The notes beneath the pieces were generated by a model. The model did not search any database. It was not told the DNA's origin and saw only the letters and a list, made by a program, of their open reading frames with translations. From Tubulanus polymorphus (Eukaryota > Animalia > Nemertea), in NCBI RefSeq assembly GCF_964204645.1, contig NC_134031.1:20653910-20717909 (forward strand): a DNA stretch of 64,000 nucleotides, in the 5' to 3' direction. Of the stretch, positions 56,901-64,000 are shown in pieces (positions within the stretch are counted from its first letter, which is position 1; the number at the start of each line of letters is the position of its first letter). A program made the position numbers and the translations under genes.

Positions 56901-58688
56901 AGTTTTTGATTCATCTGTAATGTAATAATAGATGAATCACACACCCAACTTCTCGAGTGCCGCAATAGCCAAAATCTTAATTCTTATTATGCGCCTTATC
57001 TGCAGCCTGGAACCACCTTCGGACATAGGCAGCTATCAAAGTCTCAATCGAGAAACCAGCCTTAAGGCCTTCATTAAAACCAAACTATTTGATATATTTA
57101 ATCAAAACGTGAAATGAGCTCAGCATTCTCTTAAAGTCTCAACTTCATCAAACTTCACACCAAGAAATAAAAATTCAGATGTTTCTATATGATGAGAAGA
57201 GTTGTAGAAACTTGGTATCGAATCAGTTAAACATAGAGATGACATAGTTAACTGTTAAAGTCTGTCGAAGTTTTACTGATTTTAACATAGGTTATATCAA
57301 AAAGGCCTGAAATTAGGGTTTACTCTTCAGTCATGGCATAGAAACAACGACACCGAAAATTTGACTTAACGGCACATTTTCAAGTTGGTGCAAAGTATAA
57401 GTGTACTGAAAACACAGTGTCTACTTACTGGCGGTATCTTGTAGCCGTTTCTAAAGATTTCAGACAATGATTTCGCGTCATTGTCAGCCGGTGGTCCCAG
57501 GTCGGCATTATTACCAATCCTTTTTCTCTGTTTACCGATACCTGCGGAAAAAAGGATACATTATGAAGTGCTAAGATCGAGAAAATTGGTTGTAGTTCTG
57601 GCAAGGATACGAAGGGTGCGTGCGGGTGGGGTTCATACAAACCACCCAAAGTCCGACAAAGGTCTGCATTGCCGATAAACATCTAGTAGTTTTATGGATT
57701 AAAAGACTTCAATATTGATAGATTATATGTTTACTTCAAATATTTACACATGTTAATACCAGCTGAAAGGTACGGTCATTTTCAAATGAACCAACCAAAA
57801 CTTTTTGTTTGGTAAAAGAGTTAAGCTCAAATCGATGGTTTGAAGTACTGTCTAAATTACCAATGTGAAGTAATCAAGCTTCATAGGGCGAAATTCTATA
57901 TGATTCTTACCAACACAAAGTGAATAACTGTCATTTGAATCGAAATCAATTTCATTGGCAATCAGTTTTGCCGTAACGACACCATACGATCGTTGATTAT
58001 CCACGTGCGGTTGTTGCTTCATGAACAGTTTGCTCGATATAACACCCATCATTGAATGATGAATCTGTAAAAGAACGAAATTTGTCTTACATTTTTCTCT
58101 CGGCTTTTAGAGTCGACAATCTATATATTTTTGGTAAAAACACACGCGATAGACCGACCTGACGGCAAGTACGACGTCACCACTAACTTTATTTGATGCT
58201 ATTTTCCTGAATTTTCCCAAACACTTTGTATGTTATTTTCCGTGTTTAGAATCAAATCAATTAACACATTCTAATACACAAGACATAGATGGAAACTGCT
58301 TGATCACTTGAAATCTAACCGCAATCTCAACATTTCCATGACTTTAAAGCTCAACGCTAAACCGACAAAAAATCGTTTCTTTATATAGGTCTTTGATTGA
58401 CCCCCAGCTATCGTGACAAGCCCTTCTGCTTTTTTTTATATCAATAATTGCTAATTAAAATAGTCAAATGGTGTTTATTTGATGGAAGTGGATATTTTGC
58501 CAATGAGGCATTATTCTAGTAAACGCTTTTGCCAATGGCTATATATAACAAGATATAGTAATAGAATATAACAACTGTTTTTACCCCTAGGCCTAGGGAT
58601 ATAGGGTTAGGGTAAGGTGAGGCTACATGTAGTGATTGCGCAATCACAACAGAAACAACGACGGATAGAATTCGAAAATACTTACCAT
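53974..58688 (-). CDS. Peptidase C14 (metacaspase/orthocaspase-like) domain protein with C-terminal helical domain, ~483-489 aa; exons 58688-58686, 58064-57911, 57541-57429, 56914-56388, 55808-55706, 55391-55125, 54540-54421, 54156-53974
   Basis: Phase-consistent GT-AG splicing gives (MIHHSM)MGVISSK...SYSLCVGIGKQ...DLGPPADNDAKSLSEIF...DKTNILESLENF...VLIFTFSGHN...YLIPSDF...AVIIILDCCYSG...VFVLSSCLPMQRS...GHGIFTYFLTKYF. This is the complete strand/helix order of a caspase fold, with His at 56783-56785 and Cys at 56630-56632. The 3' end is uncertain: a donor CAG|gtaaag at 54007/54006 could lead to a further exon. Confidence 0.85.
54788..55096. mobile_element. ~300-bp MITE family with B-box-containing TIRs, copy B (intron of peptidase gene)
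   Basis: Inverted termini GGCAGGGATTTAAACCTGATGGC ... GCCATCAGGTTCAAATCTCTGCC; shared internal CCAATCAG...TGATTGGCT..ATCTAAGCTGCA. Confidence 0.7.
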
Positions 58689-58839
58689 CAACTGACCTCT
58701 TTATGTTCGGACTGGCTTGACTGTAGGCTCAACTACGTAAGCCTCATTCCATCTCACTCGACAAAATGTAAGATTAAACTATATCGTCAAAGAAAACAAA
58801 TTAATTCCATTTTGTGGCTTTGACATTTCGTTTTCTGGT

Positions 58840-58960
58840 CATCCGCCATTTTGAACATTAGGTATCATGTGATTAATGGAATGGATTAATGGGCGTAATA
58901 TTTACCACGTGCGACTGAATTTAAAATAGTAGCGGGTCGACGGGCGGGCCGACAGGGCCA
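58840..58960 (-). promoter_or_regulatory. Probable promoter/TSS region of the peptidase C14 gene
   Basis: YY1-like CAAAATGGCGG at 58853-58843 on the minus strand, E-box CACGTG at ~58906 and GC box GGGCGGG at ~58942. All lie just upstream of the exon that ends ATG|GTAAGT. Confidence 0.45.
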
Positions 58961-59779
58961 AATTCGGTTCAAATAACCGAATGCGGCCAAATAATCGAAT
59001 GCGCTTGATTTTCGAAATATTTCGAACATTCGGTTATTAGTTTCAACCACTAGTCGACTAGATACGAAAACCGAATTTGGCCCTCGCTTGCCAGGGGTCC
59101 GGTATCACTCCCAAGCTTTAGCGTAGTGGGTTCGAATCTATCCCTTGATGGGTGAAGATGCCACTTCGGGGGAAATTATGAGAAATAACGATTCGAGATA
59201 AACGAATACGCCTAAAGCTAGAGGTTTTCATTAATAAATGTTAACGTTTTTATTCTTCGATTTCGATGTGTCATATGCCAGGAGCCCCTACAAACTATTA
59301 TGGAAATCTAAATTACATTCGTACAACAAATTGAGCCTATACAATATGAATTTGACTTACTTACTTACTTTCGGATATACCAAATAACAGCTACCTCAAA
59401 AATTAAGAATTATTGTGCGTACAAGTTAGCAATTGAAACAGGAAGATATACCAGTACATCAAGAAAGAAAGACTTTGCACAAGTTGCAATGTAATAGAAG
59501 ATTAATTACAAGAAAACAATTTTTTTTTTTCAAATTGAGTGCCGGTAAGCATGAAGTTTTTGGCAGAATTTCAGAGGATCGGTGCTCCAAGTAATTAAAA
59601 AAGCCTATGTCTCCCCTTAATTGAATCAAGGAGTTTTTTTAAATGAAAATCTGTCTATTGACGGGATTCTGTGATAACATAACAGTATGAATGATGATTA
59701 ATCATGAATATATGGTATTAGTGGGTTTTCCCCCAATGACTCAAATAGACTGCTTTCCTCGTGCATGGTGTGAAATGAT

Positions 59780-60010
59780 TCCTTTTAAGGGATTGCTTCG
59801 GGCAGGGATTAATTTCCCTGTCTTCCTTTGCGTGCTAGGATTCATTGATTCACTGCGGGATCGCTTGCGTGTTAGCATTCATTGATATCCTTTTAAGGGA
59901 TTGCTTCGGGCAGGGATTAATTTCCCTGTCTTCCTTTGAGTGTTAGTATTCATTGATTCCGCGTGGGTTGCTTCGGGCAGGGCTAAGTCTTGTCTTCCTT
60001 TGGGTGCTAG
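59780..60010 (+). repeat. 108-bp period tandem repeat, 2 copies plus a diverged partial third
   Basis: TCCTTTTAAGGGATTGCTTCGGGCAGGGATTAATTTCCCTGTCTTCCTTTG at 59780 and 59888; variant at 59968. Confidence 0.88.
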
Positions 60011-60517
60011 TGCGGGCAATCCAGTTGCGCTGCCCTATTTTTGGCTTGGGCAATTTGATAGGTTTGTCAGTTACTGACGTCACCCGGCACACCCTGTCGG
60101 TAAATGGTGAAAGTAAGGCGTGGTCATCTTGGTTTTCGCGTTCTGTGTGAGGGCGTGTAGAGGGCAGTATATTCCTGGCTGGCTGTTTGTCTGGTGTTCT
60201 CGGCATGTGACCGGCGACGGAGAGCTGAACAGCTTTCGGACATTAGTTTTGTTCCGTACCAGGTTTTCATCGCTCTTCTCTTTTTTTTAAATTTCAGGAC
60301 TCCCAAGAAGTTGAAGAAGAAGATGGTAGAAGGCGACTACAGAAGATGCCGAAAAAAATACTGAACTCGGCAATCTTGAAAGTTAAGTTGATACCCATGT
60401 AAATTAGGATTAATGATGAAGAAATGTGTGACTACAAAATGTTTTTCTTTTTCTCAATTTCAGCTTCGACGAAACCCAAGAAGACAAAGAAGTACTTAGA
60501 TTTTGAAAAAAGATTAA

Positions 60518-60621
60518 GTAAAATCGACCGACGATCACACAACTATATCTGTACTTCGATTCCGAAAAAAATGATGTAAAATCGACCGACGATCACACAA
60601 CTATATCTGTACTTCAATTCC
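60518..60621 (+). repeat. Tandem duplication of a dispersed motif
   Basis: GTAAAATCGACCGACGATCACACAACTATATCTGTACTTCRATTCC twice; similar motifs at ~4517 and ~35113. Confidence 0.8.
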
Positions 60622-63600
60622 CGCCTCTTTCGCTCCTGGCAGGTGTGTCACGATCGTAAGGGACACCAACTCAAAAAGTCGAACGAGAGTTTTTCAACAA
60701 AGTGTCGGTTATGAATACTCATGAATTGTCAAATTCATAATCTTAGACTTAGACTTAGTCCAATTGTAGGTGTTTGATGCATCAAAGTTTATAATTCTAT
60801 GTGTATTTTGTTATTTTCCTTTTGATGCAAATTGTATTAATCAGCTGTAGTGGAAATGCATCATATATAAAGACTTATAAATACCTTACATGTAACTTTT
60901 GTGGTTTTAAAGTTAGTACAATTTCATACATAGTAATAGAAATAAAATTACTATTAAAATTTGAGAAAATAAGCTAAGAGGTAATAATTTGATATGTGAA
61001 AATAAAATGATGTTAAAAATGTAAATCAGATTGATTACTTAGTCCTACTCTTTCCAGAGTATTTGGCCAGGTTTATCTTTGGTTTTAGTGCAGAGGCCAT
61101 GGACTAGAGTCTATGGTTGGACCAGCGGCGTATAAACTCTTGTTTAATACGCCTATGGTGGTTGGACTAGTCACTCACCAATGGAAAATTTGGGATTCCC
61201 GTTGAAAGTGTAAAAATTTTGGAATGTTGTCGAGTGTTTCTGGAATTGAAACTGCGCTTTAATTCTTGTAGAAGAACATGCCACTCAAAGAAACAGTAGA
61301 ATAAGAAGTCTAACAAAGATATGCTTACATCAACATTTTGTGATTTATTGTTTTTCACATAGACCAATAATCATCATAATTCATACAACAGATATATACA
61401 TCTACATTTTATATGTATATATAATATGTTATGTCTATTTACAATAAAATACATTTTTTTCAATCGATGGCCTTGACTAAAAAATTCAGAATTCAGTAAA
61501 ATATTGATCTCAAATTGATGGTATTTTACAAAAATATGGAAGCACTCTGTAAATATTTTGCCATGCATAAATGAAAATAGCATATCTATACAAAACAAAA
61601 TCGTATACGTAAAGATACGGTATATACATAAATAACATATAATATGATATGAGTTTTCCAAGCCCAGCAGAAAACTCAAATGCAGCTGTCAATCTACTGT
61701 CTGTACCCATTCGACTCATAACGATCACCTTTTGAATGGCAAAGTCTGGACCGAACACATCTTTCACAAACAGTGAATGTCTGTCTAAAATTGATGGTTG
61801 CATGACACCCTAATTCATTTTCAAAGAAAAATATCAGGGGTCCTGCCACAGGGGGTGGCACACCTGTACAAACATGTTTTTGGAAAATTGTGAATGTCTG
61901 TCGACTTATCAGGGGTTGATAGCTGCATAATTACTTATTACGTAATCTATATGAACAACAAAAATCTTATGACTTATTTTTTCATGAAGATAAAATGCAT
62001 TTATTAACAATGCATTTTTATGTACATGTATATACCGAATGGAGATGATCTAACTCTAATAGCAGTCTATATAGCGTGTAGGATGAAACCAAACCTGTAG
62101 TCATTAGAAAAAGTATGCGTATATGTTATTTCTAACAAACTTTCAAATTATTTTTCTTGTTTTTATGATTGTGGGTTTGGTTTCATTTGTATCCAAAATA
62201 GTTCTTTAGTTTTCTAAACTGCATGAAAAATCAGGACATCAAAACTTTAAAGTGTGCCTCCCGATTTACTGATATTGCGCAGCCATAGAATGGAAAATTC
62301 CGAGGCCGTCACTGATTGAGAAGTCAGTCATATCTATTTGATGACTTGTTTCATCCTAAAAACTAATTGATATGACAGTAATGGAACTAAAATATCTGGC
62401 CTGTTCATTTGAATACTTTATACATAAGATACCCCAAATAGGTAACAATCCATACATGGTACACATTTTCTGTTTCCGCAACAAAAAGATATCTACATTA
62501 CTGACCTAAAATACATGTAGTAACAAAATCTCTATTCCACATTCTCTAAATGCCTCGATGAAACAGACATCACATCTAACGAGTAAAACCATTAAACAAT
62601 TCGATAATCAATAATATCTAATGTAAGTGGTGTATAAATATCAAATTTGGCACAAAATGAAAATCCAATTCAAAATGATTTATACGGACTCCATCAGTGG
62701 AATCATTTTTACACATATTGTCTGATAACGATGAGTGATATCAGAGTTGAATGCTATAAGATCCACATGGCGTACATAGGGTCAGAGTTGAATAGCAATT
62801 GGTCCAAAATAATTCAAATTAAATGGGTTTTACTGTAATAAGAATTGACTTACACCTTTCAACTCGGTAATCAACACGCTTTCCAGATTTTGTTGTAAAA
62901 CTGACCGTGAATAATGAATTCATCCCACCTTTTTATTTATGGCCGGAATAAGTGCTGGCGTCAAAATGACAAAACCCAATGGGGCTTGTTTATACCACTG
63001 TGGCAAGTGAGGATCCAACCAGGTTGATGATCAGCTGATTGAAGCAACATCATTGAATCCCATATCAAACATTAGCAAAGTCAATCTTCAACTTTTTTTA
63101 GCGACTTCTTCCATAATAAGTCAATTTTGAGAGCCTTAAAATTCAGTTCAAAGTCGACTCAAAATGAATGAATAAGATTGACTATGCCACCTGGATTAGA
63201 ACAAGCCCTGTTATTATAACCTATGAAAATGTATAGACAACACAATGAATCCAATAATAAGGATATGATCGCAAAAATAGCTCATGAATTCATAACCAAG
63301 TTTAACCAAACATATATTATCCGTGTATATGTACACAACACCTTTGAATTATCATTGGTAAAAATGATGAATCTTCAAAAAGCCATTGAAAAATAATGTC
63401 CTATCCTACTAAGAATTTGGATATTTTCAATACATTTGGACCAAAAGAAACATGAAAAGAAACTTTCACAGAATTACAGAATCGAGTAAGATTTGGCGTA
63501 CCGGTATTTATTGTCATAAATATGTTGGCATCAAGCGAGCATTGGTACCTAACGGGTTGGCATTATAGCCAACTTTGACTGAAGTAGTCTTTGTAACAAC

Positions 63601-63643
63601 CTGAACAGTTCATAAGCCACTTGCTCTTCCCAGTCTCTACTTG

Positions 63644-63935
63644 TCCTCCCTCAACAGGGATTCAAACCTGATGGCATCGCAACATTCGGCATGGCACGAA
63701 ACCATATCTGATTAGGTTTGCAGCACAAAAATATGCAGGGCCAATCAGATTGCCTGTTAATAAGTCGTTGAGGCAAGTTTCATGGATATATCTATAAATG
63801 GAATAACCCGGGCTGAAATAAAACGGGATATCTGATTGGCTAATCAAGTTATCATCTAAGCTGCATACCGATACACTAGAGCTGATCAGACAGGGTTCTG
63901 TGTCGATGCAATCAGATTCGAATCTCTGCCTAGGA
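63644..63935. mobile_element. ~300-bp MITE family with B-box-containing TIRs, copy C
   Basis: CAGGGATTCAAACCTGATGGCATCG ... CGATGCAATCAGATTCGAATCTCTG; same interior as copy B. Confidence 0.7.
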
Positions 63936-63985
63936 ACGATGGATCGAACCCGAATCTCTGCCTAGGAACAATGGATCGAACCCGA
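63919..63985 (+). repeat. 32-bp tandem duplication at MITE end
   Basis: CGAATCTCTGCCTAGGAACRATGGATCGAACC twice. Confidence 0.85.
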
Positions 63986-64000
63986 CTACCCCTATAAATA

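Noticed and set aside
56384-56965. Bacterial contaminant or stand-alone prokaryotic metacaspase ORF
   Set aside because: The ORF lacks the first strand and helix of the fold, which two upstream GT-AG exons supply in the correct phase. It is one exon of a spliced gene.

Overview
Eukaryotic genomic DNA, not prokaryotic. It is AT-rich with GT-AG introns, TTAGGG-type repeats and CTCF-like motifs, so an invertebrate bilaterian is inferred. Three intron-containing protein genes can be assembled by hand with consistent splice phases. (1) A ~43-kb minus-strand gene for an unrecognised 345-aa type I membrane protein (signal peptide, one TM helix, C-terminal -TDV PDZ-binding motif). (2) Head-to-head with it, a 7-exon ING4/ING5-family PHD-finger gene (47454-50761, +, 245 aa). 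(3) Tail-to-tail with ING, an 8-exon minus-strand gene (58688-53974, ~483-489 aa) for a clan CD peptidase C14 protein. Its catalytic motifs (FSGH, LIPSD, ILDCCYSG, HGIFTYFL) are of the metacaspase/bacterial caspase-homologue type, not the animal caspase (QACxG) or MALT1 type. It also has a likely N-myristoylation start and a hydrophobic C-terminal domain bracketed by two DxxD/G sites. This gene is the most interesting object in the window. The rest is intronic or intergenic DNA with many MITEs, tRNA-derived elements, a tRNA-Arg pseudogene and tandem repeats. Most ORFs in the supplied track are spurious.
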